A stretch of 48,601 nucleotides of DNA. It comes from Cyanophora paradoxa CCMP329 (lineage: Eukaryota; Plantae; Glaucophyta). The first letter of the stretch is position 1; the number at the start of each line of letters is the position of its first letter. The stretch covers positions 1 to 48,601 of the forward strand of contig QPMI01000149.1 of assembly GCA_004431415.1 (NCBI GenBank), in the 5' to 3' direction. The notes under the pieces are model-generated. The model was not told where the DNA came from. It searched no databases and saw only the letters and a list, made by a program, of their open reading frames with translations. Below, piece by piece: positions 1 through 9,392 of this stretch. Made by a program: the position numbers and the translations under genes.

Positions 1-2084
1 GTTGCCACCGTCGCTGAAAGACGAGCACCGTTGCCGCCCTACCAATGCTGCTGCGTAGTGAGCGTCTCCGCTATTTCCTGCCACCTGGCCGGACCCAGGA
101 TACACCGTAGCATCCGTCAAGTTCCTATGTAGCTCGAGCCACCGCCACCTCCAACATTCTTGCTATTGGGTTCTCTGACACTCCGCTCCTGCTGGACCAG
201 AGCCTCCACCGAAGTAACCCCACCACCCACCACCGAACCTGTAGCCGCTTGAATCAGGCCCAGTCTCTCCACCTTGGCGCAAAGTTCCCGGGTTGCTGGG
301 CCTGGCCCTGAGGCCACAACACCGGCTCCGCCAGCGGTTTGGGTGCCTCCTTGAGCCGGTATCTCTCCGGTTACTCCAACCAACCCAGCCGCACCACCGG
401 TCAACCCCCCGCCTACTCCCCCGCCGCCATTCGAATCACATGTACCCCACCTCGGCCCTGCAACAACCAAGTCGGTCCTGCAACGCGCTGAATTGCAGAA
501 CGACCACCACCGCGCCGTTTTTGTACTCCGGATCGACGCTATGGCTCCAGCCCCTTCCACCACCTCCGTAGACGGTAGCAGTGGCAGTCCCCGATACACC
601 CTTTGGGCCGCCGCATCCAACAACAAGGTGAGCGTCTCCCCCGAGGACACAGCCAATGTACCAACTACGCAAGCACCCGCGCCTCACGGACCCCCGTACC
701 TGCGCGTTCTCCGCCTCCACCCCCGGCCGCCCATACGATGACACGCACAGCCACAGTCCCCGTTGTACTACGAAAGTCTGGTCGGCCCCGGTGTAGGAGA
801 ATGTACCCAAAACAGGAGCGTTTGCAGTTGTTGCACTGGCAGACGAGGACTGAGGGCCTTCCTCGCCGATCTGGTTGACGCCCTTGATGGTGTAAGTGTA
901 AGTGTTCCGTAAACGGTCGTTGTGTCCGAAAGGGGCTGCTCGTGTCGCTGGCAAGGAACACGCCACCCTGTAGATGTTGTAGGAGACGGTGACGCCGTCA
1001 CCGGCACCGACCACTCGAGCACAACAGGCTGTGCTGCCCCCGCCGCGGGGGTTGCAGTGAGCCCAGTGGGCGCCCCCGGGTCCGTGTGACGTACGCCGCA
1101 ATACTCTTCGGCCCTCCCCTCCGTGTTCGTCGCGGAGATCTGGTACTCGTACCCTGTACCCCAGACGGTGGTCGTGTCGCTGTAGGAGTTTGGTCGCGGA
1201 GTCTGTGAGGTAGGCCCCGTCTCTGTAAATCTTGTATCCCGTCGCTCCGTGGACGCAGTCCAGCTGAGGCTGACAGGCTGCTGCTGGTCGTTGGGTGCTG
1301 ATGCCGTCACGTTCGTGGGGGCGTTGGCATAGTCCAGACCAGGAGCGGATCGGACTTGTCGTATTCGACACCGCCCACGATGCCGGCCACCTGGTAAGAG
1401 TATTCCGTGCCCCACGTAGAGCAGTGCTATCGTCAATGTACGAGGTAGACAGGGCACTGCTCGCAAATCCGATTGGCGTACCGTTCCTGTAAATTCGAAT
1501 CGAGTCCGCGCCCTCCATGGCCACCAGTTGATTGTGACGACTATGGCGGGTTTCGGGAAGCCCGAAGACGCGGGGCCGCCCCCGGCAATAAAATCGCCGT
1601 AGGTCTGGGCCGTGGCGGTCGTGAGCGTGGTGTAGGCTTCGATCTGCGGGCTGAAGCCGCCTATGCCTTGGAAGAGAATGTAATTGCTCATGGCACCCTC
1701 GTGGGTGTAGAGAAGCGACTGTGCGTAGGTTGTGGGCGGGGCTTTGCCATCAGAGCCGTGCTGCTGCTGCCCTGTTCGCGAACCGCCGCCACGCGGTAGA
1801 GTCGCTGGGCCCCAAACTAAAGGGAGAGTCCGTGTAGGTGACGGTTGGCGCATTCACCGTGGCCACGAGATCCCAGGGGCCGTTGATGCTGGTCGCCCTG
1901 TACACCTTGTACTTGACGGCGTTGGTGACCGCGACCCAGTTCAGCTGAAAGCCGTACGTACTGTTCCCGTTGTTGAGCACGGAGCCCGATCGCACCTGGG
2001 GCCTGCCACAGTCAGCGAGATCGGCTCCACGCCATACTGCGGAGCCTGCACCACCTGCTTTTTCACGAATACGAAGCGGGGCAT
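1..2084 (-). pseudogene. Frameshifted FN3-repeat + glycine-rich protein (putative virion fibre/attachment protein); may be two genes split at the ATG at 1691
   Basis: Stitched frames give FN3 motifs (LNWVAVTNAVKYKVYR; APTNVTAS..VSLSW..ATGYKIYRDG; PGAPTGLTAT..YTYTIKGVNQIGEEGPQS), then FSYTGADQTFVV..VWAAGGGGG and GGGGGSSYI. ATG in GAAAATG at 2084. Confidence 0.65.
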
Positions 2085-2122
2085 TTTCCTCTACGATCCG
2101 AAAAAATATCTGCCCCGGGTAA

Positions 2123-2800
2123 ATGACTTCCAACTGGTACCAGACCCTCAGCGGCTCACTTGACGTTGGCAACAACACCAAGGATTTCGCACGCATACCC
2201 TCCGGCAGTTACGTCGACGTCTTTCTGCAGAATCCCGTCGTGATTCAGGTCGTTCAGAACGCCTACGCCACGCCCAAGATTTATTCCTACCAGCTCTTCT
2301 TCGACCCTCTGAGCCTCAGCGCAGAGGTTATCGAGCTGCTGCACGAATCAGGACTCGTGAAAAGGTGGCACCTGCCACGGCCACTGCCAACGTCTTGCGC
2401 TGTCTCGAGGTCAAGTTCAGGGAGACGGGGTACGGCCCCACCGTGAACCGGTACCCCAGTTCTTCGAATCTTCCGGGTACGGGAACTTACCAGATGAGGG
2501 GTACGCTCAAGGGCGACGTGCTCTTCACGAAATTCAATCCAAGTCCCGCGACCCTGGGGCCCTCTACACGGGCGGCAACCCACGCGGCTCGACTCTACCC
2601 CGCTTCCCCTTCACCTTTTTCAGGTTCCAGGTCTTCCCCTCTCCTACGCCGCCGACCAGCCCCACTTCAGCACGGGCGCCAGCCTCTGCGCGGAGCTGCG
2701 TGAGTGCTCGATTTCCTACGCGTACGGCACCGACGCTGACTCTGTGCCTGGGGCCCGCGTCATGAACATCGGTGGCGACATCACCCTCTTTCACGGATAA
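2123..2800 (+). pseudogene. Putative virion structural protein A (about 225 aa, about 3 frameshifts), paralog of protein B
   Basis: MTSNWYQ..QNPVVIQVVQN..SGLVKR/..LRCLEVKF../GGNPRGSTLPRFPFTFFRFQVF/AELRECSISY..TLFHG* with TAA at 2798-2800. Collinear similarity to 2824-3635. Confidence 0.55.
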
Positions 2801-2823
2801 TCTTTCTCATTTGAGGTCGCAAA

Positions 2824-3635
2824 ATGCCGACCACCTCGGCCACCATCGTGAAGACCGTGTCTGCCGGCTCGATCGTCCCCGATTTCTACGGCAACGCTGG
2901 GAACGTGGCCAACGCAGGGACGGACAAGGTGGAGTGGGACGGAAACTACGCCACCCCGCTCACCGTGAGGGTCCAGAATCCCGTCATGTTGCGCGTCACC
3001 TCCAACGATTTCGAGAATCCGCCTCCTGCTCCGTGTACGTGTACTTTGACATCGACTCGGGCGTGAGCGCGGATGAGGCGGAGGCGCTCTGGCTCTCGGG
3101 CCTCCTGAAAAAGATAGAGCCCTCTGTGCCTGATCGGCCCGCCATTCGCGTGCTCGAACTCAAGTTCACCGCTAACACCGCCCTCACTCGCAAATTCGGG
3201 AATGGTGCGAATCCGAACATCAAAACGCATTTAGATGGCGCCCTCATCGATGCCACACACAAGACCACGCAGGCCGTTCCCTTTGAGATGTACAACCTCT
3301 GGAAGATGACCGCAAAGGAGATGATGACGAATGCCACACCGGGCGGCGCCTCGGGTACCGATTATTCATACGGCGCCTCGAATCCCCGTACCCAGGTCTG
3401 GCCCCGGCTCCTCTTCACGAAATTCACTTTCAAATTGTACAACAACATCGCCGGAATGCCTACCTCTGGAATGGTCGTGGGCTCTACCCTCATGGCCGAA
3501 CTAATTGAGGCAGAGGCGGACTACACGACTGCGACTACCAACTCGACAGCGCCAGGCGCCGGAGCCGAAGTTTACGTGGCCTGGGAAACGGTCGGTCGCG
3601 AGTACGACACCAAGATTCACACCACTAGCGTCTAG
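2824..3635 (+). CDS. Putative virion structural (capsid-like) protein B, about 270 aa, one frameshift near 3020
   Basis: AAAATG start. ORFs 2824..3066 and 2772..3635 join into a globular, T/N/G/V-rich, beta-like protein with no introns. Confidence 0.55.
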
Positions 3636-3640
3636 ACTGG

Positions 3641-3987
3641 CTAAGCTGCATTAGCACCTGTGTCGCCTCCATCATCTCCCGAATCTCCTCGCTCTTCTCC
3701 TGTAAATTGGCGTACCCCCTCTCTTCTTGCGAATCTCCGACATTGATGCCAGCGCAGGTTCTCCCTCCTGTAGTCCAGCGGGTTGCCGTTGATGTGTTCC
3801 ACGTAGCGTCCACGTGGCGACTTCCCGAGGATCAGCTGGGAGAGGTAGTGCTTGCGCCCTCCAAACGTCTTGCTCACCCTGTCCCTGTCCACTCTCCAGG
3901 GAAACTCCAAGGCACTCGGGGTACGTCCGAGTTGACCAGGACGTTGTAGGCGACGTCTTGCGAGTCGGTGCACCGGAGCAGGGCCAT
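3641..3987 (-). CDS. HNH endonuclease (HNH_3 / phage-type), frameshifted
   Basis: Motif YLSQLILGKSPRGRYVEHINGNPLDYRRENLR. CAAAATG start at 3987 is in another frame. Confidence 0.75.
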
Positions 3988-4008
3988 TTTGCCCTAGGTT
4001 CAGAAAAA

Positions 4009-4131
4009 CCTGGGACTTGGGACTTGGACTGGGACTTGGGACTTGGGACTTGGGACTTGGGACTTGGGACTTGGGACTTGGGACTTGGGACTTGGGACTT
4101 GGGACTTGGGACTTGGGACTTGGGAAGAGTT
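4009..4131 (+). repeat. (GGGACTT)n heptamer array, about 16 units
   Basis: Direct reading. Bounded by CCTGGG and AAGAGTT. Confidence 0.95.
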
Positions 4132-4231
4132 GAAACCCAGGTCCCGGCCAGACTTTCTCCAGGATCAGAAATTTGTCAGACAAGTCAGGTGAGTTTTTCT
4201 ACCGACTTTTTTACTCCTACCACTCCTCATA

Positions 4232-4278
4232 CTCTTTTTTACTCGTAGTCTTTTTTACTCGTAGTCTTTTTACTCGTA
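4232..4278 (+). repeat. Three near-identical 15-16 bp direct repeats ((G)TCTTTTTTACTCGTA)
   Basis: Direct reading, with further degenerate copies at about 4190-4230. Confidence 0.8.
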
Positions 4279-4558
4279 TCCCATCTCGTACCCTCCTTCT
4301 CTCGACATCTCACACGAAAACTCCTACCCCTCTTCACATCCGTTTTCGGTTGCATACTCTCGTGAGCTTTCATGTCCAGTATCATGCTACAAGTCGTACA
4401 CCAGTTCAGACTCTACCTCGCTTGAAATCTCACCTGGAATGTCACCAGAAACGTCATATGCAGATTTCCGTACCCCTCTACATGTCTGCCCGGTGGTTAG
4501 GGACTTGGCGCGGCAAACTCTCAGATCCAGAGAGATTCTGGGCCCAGACCCTGAGTCT

Positions 4559-4620
4559 AACTCTTCCCAAGTCCCAAGTCCCAAGTCCCAAGTCCCAAGT
4601 CCCAAGTCCCAAGTCCCAGG
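4559..4620 (+). repeat. AACTCTT(CCCAAGT)7CCCAGG array, inverted relative to 4009-4131
   Basis: Direct reading. Confidence 0.95.
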
Positions 4621-4691
4621 ATCGCGCCAAGTCGTAACTGAATAGTCGGCCAATTTTTACAAGTATGTACAATGGAATGACGCAATACTAT

Positions 4692-5758
4692 TTACAGCAT
4701 CTCAAAGTCAGAGTCATCGTCATCGGAAACCAACTCAATGAGGCCCTCGGGCGCCGACTTAAGGGGAATGCGGGGAAGGGACTGCGCTGCCTGCACCAAG
4801 TCCTGCCGCTCGCGCTCGCGCTGCGCCGCCAAGGCCGCTGCCGCCTCTGCCTCGCGCTGCTGCTGAGCCTCGATGCGCGCCTTGAGCTCGGCCGCCTCCT
4901 TCTGCTTGCGCTCGGCGATCCGCGCCTTGTTGATCTGGTACTGGACAAGGCGCTCGTGGCGCCGCTTGCGCTCCAACTCCTTGCGGAGCTCGTTGCAGAG
5001 GACGCGCTTCTCAATGGTCTTGACGTGCTGAGTCAGGCGCTCGCTGTAGTGTGACGTCACGCGAGAACGGGCAATGCCGGCGCCGAGCTTCAAGTCCTTC
5101 TCGTGTGCCTTGGCGGGGTCCTTGACGCGCTCGGAGTTGTCGGTGAATGACGTAGTCTCCATGAACTTCTTCTTGACGATTGACTTGGTCTTGATAATGC
5201 GGCGCTTGCGAGTCGGGTTTTCGTTGTCGCCTTCAGAGTCAGAAGACGACTCAGAGTCGTATGGAATCGGCACGTCAAAGTCGATGAAGTCGTTGATGTC
5301 AGACTCGACGTCAGAGGCCTCGGACTTGGCGTCATCGGCGGGCTCGGGGGCGGGCTCGGCGACGGGCTGAGGGGCAGATGACGACGATGACGGAGGGGGG
5401 TAATTCGTGAAGACTTGAGGGGGATAGGCCCAGGCGAGCGTCTCGGCAGCAGACTCGGCGAAAAGCTTGGGGTCGCCCCAGCCGTTGGCGTCTTGACCCA
5501 GCCGGGGACGGGGGCACGTCGACGGGGGCTCGGGCTTGGGTTGCTTGGACTTGGATTTCTTGGCCTTGGACGTGAAGGCGGACTTGGGAGAAGTTGCACT
5601 TCGGGGCCAGTGGCGCGTAAGATGGCATAATTGTAGATGTACCCCAGAGCGTCGGCGCGCTGCTCCATCTCAGGGGTAGCCCCTTGAGTGCCACCGGAGT
5701 TAGCCCACGTTGCTTGGACAAAGGCGAAGTCCTCGGCAAGCTCAGCGGGAATCGACAT
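4692..5758 (-). CDS. Orphan protein with acidic tract, basic NLS-like motif and coiled coil (frameshifted in the middle)
   Basis: MSIPAELAEDF.. joined to ..DSESSSDSEGDNENPTRKRRIIK..ELRKELERKRRHE..EAAELKARIEAQQQRE..DFEML*. Confidence 0.6.
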
Positions 5759-6173
5759 CTGCGCAAAGGGAAAAGAAATCAGCAAAGGCAAAACGTGAGG
5801 TGACTGTGAGGGCGGACTTGTGAAAATTCGGAGAGGCAGGTTTCCTTGGGCTGAGAGAAGGCGGCGAACCCGTTTCAAGAGTGAGGCAAAATGGCGGCGG
5901 ACCGCGGTTTTGTGGGCGAATTTTTTCCTGGGCTAGTTCGCAACGGAAAACGTTGCCAACTGGCCTGAAAAAGCCAAATTTAGCGTTGGACCGAAGACAG
6001 AAAAAGAGCCGGCCTGACGGAAATTGCCCGAGTGCGTCCGCCGAAGGTCGAGTCTCGGATGGGGGGTACACCCTCAGGGGCCCCCCTGGCCCCTCACCCT
6101 GGTAGTACCCTCTCAAAGGGATTTTCGAAGCCGTACAATTCTTGGTAAGTCTCGTAATCCGGGCTGTACCCCC

Positions 6174-6563
6174 TCACAATCTGCGGGAGCCCATTGAAAG
6201 CCTCCGTCTATCCTCTCTCAATTCCCTGCGGAAAAGTCTACGGTCTTCTCGAGCTTCGCGCGTCACGCCAGCTGGGCGTGGTCTATGATTGTTAGGGTTG
6301 TCGTAGCCTGGTCCCACCAGCCTCACGAAATTTTCGCGTATGGCCTCGGGGAGACTCTGGAAACGGTTCGTTGCGTGGAACTCGATCCATTCATTGAATC
6401 GACGCGGATATTGACGGATGACTTCAAGCACGCCCTGTGTGTTGGGCTCTGGTGTTATGTCGGGAATGTCATGTCCTGTGAGGTGCCAACGCCAGAACTC
6501 GCGCAGCCTCTCGAATGCCATATGCAACTCAAAGGGGAAATCGTAATAGAGATTGCCTGACAT
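6174..6563 (-). CDS. Orphan 129-aa protein with Arg-rich C-terminus
   Basis: AAAAATG start. Intact ORF MSGNLYYDFPFELH..REDRRLFRRELREDRRR. Confidence 0.55.
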   Translation of the reverse strand: MSGNLYYDFPFELHMAFERLREFWRWHLTGHDIPDITPEPNTQGVLEVIRQYPRRFNEWIEFHATNRFQSLPEAIRENFVRLVGPGYDNPNNHRPRPAGVTREAREDRRLFRRELREDRRRLSMGSRRL

Positions 6564-6613
6564 TTTTCTCCCCCTCCGAAAATTTCCCCGTTTTGAGTCC
6601 AGACTCTGATTCC

Positions 6614-6668
6614 AACTCTTCCCAAGTCCCAAGTCCCAAGTCCCAAGTCCCAAGTCCCAAGTCCCAGG
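6614..6668 (+). repeat. AACTCTT(CCCAAGT)6CCCAGG array (third copy)
   Basis: Direct reading. Confidence 0.95.
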
Positions 6669-6798
6669 TCCCATTTTTCTCCCATTTCAGTCCGAGATTT
6701 TGCCCAAGTCCAAATCCGGGCCCGGGATTCGAACCCTCGTTTTCGGTCGATTTCACGCGTGAAAAACGCACTTTTCGGCCTTTTCCGATTTTTCCTTT

Positions 6799-6931
6799 CT
6801 CGCGATCGCAGAAATGCCCCCGATCTCGAAATCGCGATCGAAAAGGGTCGCGATCGGGAGAAAGTCGCGATCACCAGGGTCGCGATCGGGTCGCGATCGC
6901 CGCGATCGCCAGCCTCGGAGGGGGTACCCCC
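6799..6931. repeat. Cluster of about 7 (T)CGCGATC motifs ending in the palindrome GGGGGTACCCCC
   Basis: Direct reading. Confidence 0.7.
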
Positions 6932-7344
6932 ACAGCTGTTGCGGCGGTTATAAGAACCTCCGCAATCCAAGCGTCACTTCCGAGTCTCGAGCTCTCGGAG
7001 TTGCCTTTTCGCGTTTGGCCCATTGATGGCCCTCCTATATATATTATTTCTATGCAATAGAGCTGACCCGATCGAGCGCAGACGTCTTGAGGGAGCGTCG
7101 GCGACGGTCAGAGGCCAAGTTCGCACCTGCAAGCAAGGTTCGCGAGTCTCTCTCCTGCCCGACGCCCTCGAGAGCTAGACAGCGGGGCCCCAGCCCTGGC
7201 GGCGTCTCTCAGGTGCCGCTGCCAGTGCAAGGCTGCGCTGCCTAGATAGATCTATAGATTCCTTGCGCGCGCGCGCGCCCCTGAGATTGTTTTTGCTGAG
7301 GCTCACTCCACCATCAGGCACAATCAGGCGCCGGCCTGCTCCCC

Positions 7345-7625
7345 GGGGCGGGCCGCCCCGCCCCGCGGCCGCCCCGCCCCGCGGCTGCCCCGCCCCGCGG
7401 CTGCCCCGCCCCGCCCGCCCGCGGCCGCCCGCCCCGCCCCGCCCGCGGCCGCCCCGCCCCGCCCCGCCCCGCCCCGCCCCGCCCCGCGGTTGCCCCGCCC
7501 CGCCCCGCCCCGCCCCGCCCCGCCCCGCCCAGCTGCTAGCACAGCAGCTGCTAGTGCTAGCTAGCCAGCTAGCAGTAGCTAGCTAGCCAGTCAACAGTAG
7601 CTAGCCAGCTAGCAGTAGCTAGCTG
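7345..7625. repeat. (GCCCC)n tract followed by (GCTA)-rich simple repeat
   Basis: Direct reading. Confidence 0.85.
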
Positions 7626-8739
7626 ACGCTGTAAATATTCACGTACATATATATGCAGCTGAGCGCAGGGCCCGGCCGCGGCGGCGGGCGGGGCGGCGGG
7701 GGGGGCGGGGCAGGGCCGAACAAGTGTCAGAACCGTTCGGATTCCGCCGCGGTTCTGACGTGGTAGAACACATTTTTGCAGCGTTTCTGCGGCGGAATTT
7801 TGGTTCCGACACGAATTCTGGCGAATGATGACAAAATTATGGCAGATGTGCTCATGTGTCAGAAAGCGGAATCGGCCGTTCCGACAGCCGGAACAGAGGC
7901 AGAAAACTTTTTCTGCTCTCCGTTCCGTCCGCCAGAACGGACCCCCCCTTCCACCTGTGAGGGATCCCGGAGCTCGACAAGACGACGAAGGACCGTAAAA
8001 GATAAGGGGAGCGGGCTCGAGAAGACGAAGACGACTGTTTGTTACGTGAGTGCAACGTAACGTAACGCACTTCGGACAGCGTGAAAGATGAATATTGCAA
8101 TTGATACGAACACCTGGTACCAGCTGCAGGGGTACCTAGCTGTCCTGCAGCTGGTAACGTCAACGACTGCCCGACCCCAGGCTCCCCTCCACCCCTCTCT
8201 CGCTCGCCTAGTAGCCCCAGCTCCGCGCCCCGCCCCCCCAACCCTCTGCCCATGGTGCCTCCGTCCCCTTGCGTCCCACCCCCCAATGCGCCACCCCCTC
8301 TCTCTCCTTCCGTATGCCGAACCCGGCTGCCCACCCGACGATTTCGAAACCCTGGCCTCGCCTGATCTCATCGTAGATTATCACCTGTGGGGGGCGTCCC
8401 CCGTCGGCTACTCACTGCGCAGGTGCTGAGGGGACACCAGCGCACTCAGCGCCCTTCCCACCTCGCTGTCTGCTGGGTCTGAAGCCCTGGAGAGTCGGGG
8501 CCAGTGACAGCAGGAGCCCTGGGCAAGCCTTTGAAGCTAGTATAGTCGGCCACCTCAGGAGTAGGAGTCTGTACTGCGGTGTTCCTGAATATACGAGGGA
8601 TCACGGGAAAAAAAATCCTGCAGCTGGTACCTTGATTTAATCCTCCTAGTAGGCGCATCCGCGCATCGAGAATCGAGATGCGCTGCTGCGCTGTTGCTGC
8701 TAAGAAGTTTGCTGTAGCAGCTTACGCTCTGTGCTCCCG

Positions 8740-9392
8740 ATGGCTCTCTCCCGGCGCCCCCAGCGGCGCTCCCTCCTCAGCCTGGCAGGCTTTTCCATGT
8801 GGTCGTGCTCCTTGTCCTCCTCGCTTCCCCCGCTGCGCATGCCAGCGGGGCTCGGGCTTCGAAACGCGCTAAGACCGCCTCTCCTAGCCCCTCGCCTTCC
8901 CCTCCGCCTGCGCCCACCGAGTCGCTGGCGGCGGCTCCCACTGAGTCCCCCGCCATAACGCCCACGCCGACAACTAGTCCGGCACTATGTTCCGGCACTT
9001 CGGGCCCGCAGCCCGCGGCGGGGCCCCAAACGTTCGACCAGGCTGCTGCCATGGAGCTCATATGCATCTACCAACTTCAGCAGCGCAATGCCTTTCTTGA
9101 AAATGTGCATCTGCAGCGCCCGGGCCCGTCCGCCGTGCCGCCGGCCCCCTCTGCCACTTCGTCCCCCATCCCGCATTATAATCTCACGGAGGGCTCCACC
9201 AACGCCGGCTCGTCTTCATCTGGCAACACCGCGCGCGAGCGCAATGCCCGTGAGCCCCTTTCCGAGCGTGAACGCCAGCGCCTCCACTATGAGGGGCGCT
9301 GCTGCGCCTCGCGCGCGCCGCGTGAGGTGAGCGCAGGCAGCGGGGCGGGGCGGGTGGGGTGGGGGTACCGGATCGACCCGGGGTACCCCTGA
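8740..9392 (+). CDS. Possible hypothetical protein with hydrophobic N-terminal segment and Pro/Ser/Thr-rich region
   Basis: ORF 8799..9392 (VVLLVLLASPAAHA..SPSPSPSPPP..MELICIYQLQQRNAFLE). Needs a frameshift to reach the ATG at 8740. Confidence 0.3.

Larger units (their letters stand above)
1..7060. mobile_element. Putative endogenous DNA virus / Polinton-like-virus-type element (partial; left end outside window, right end approximate)
   Basis: Visibly lower GC than the host. ORFs lack introns and are spaced 23-38 bp apart in the left block, with AAATG start contexts. Encodes FN3/Gly-rich, beta-rich and HNH proteins and has internal repeat arrays. Host-type (GCCCC)n sequence begins at about 7340. 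Confidence 0.65.

Noticed and set aside
2540-2623. Intron with pyrimidine tract ending TTTTTCAG in gene A
   Set aside because: The stretch encodes PRFPFTFFRF, which aligns with paralog B, so it is coding.
4009-4131. True chromosome telomere
   Set aside because: Short, internal, present in both orientations and with defined flanks.
3988-4672. ORFs with PSPKSQV or LGLGTWD repeats
   Set aside because: Translations of the heptamer arrays, not credible proteins.
1-7060. Bacterial prophage or contaminant
   Set aside because: No consistent Shine-Dalgarno motifs; A-rich eukaryote-like start contexts and a splice-acceptor-like site. Not fully excluded without read data.
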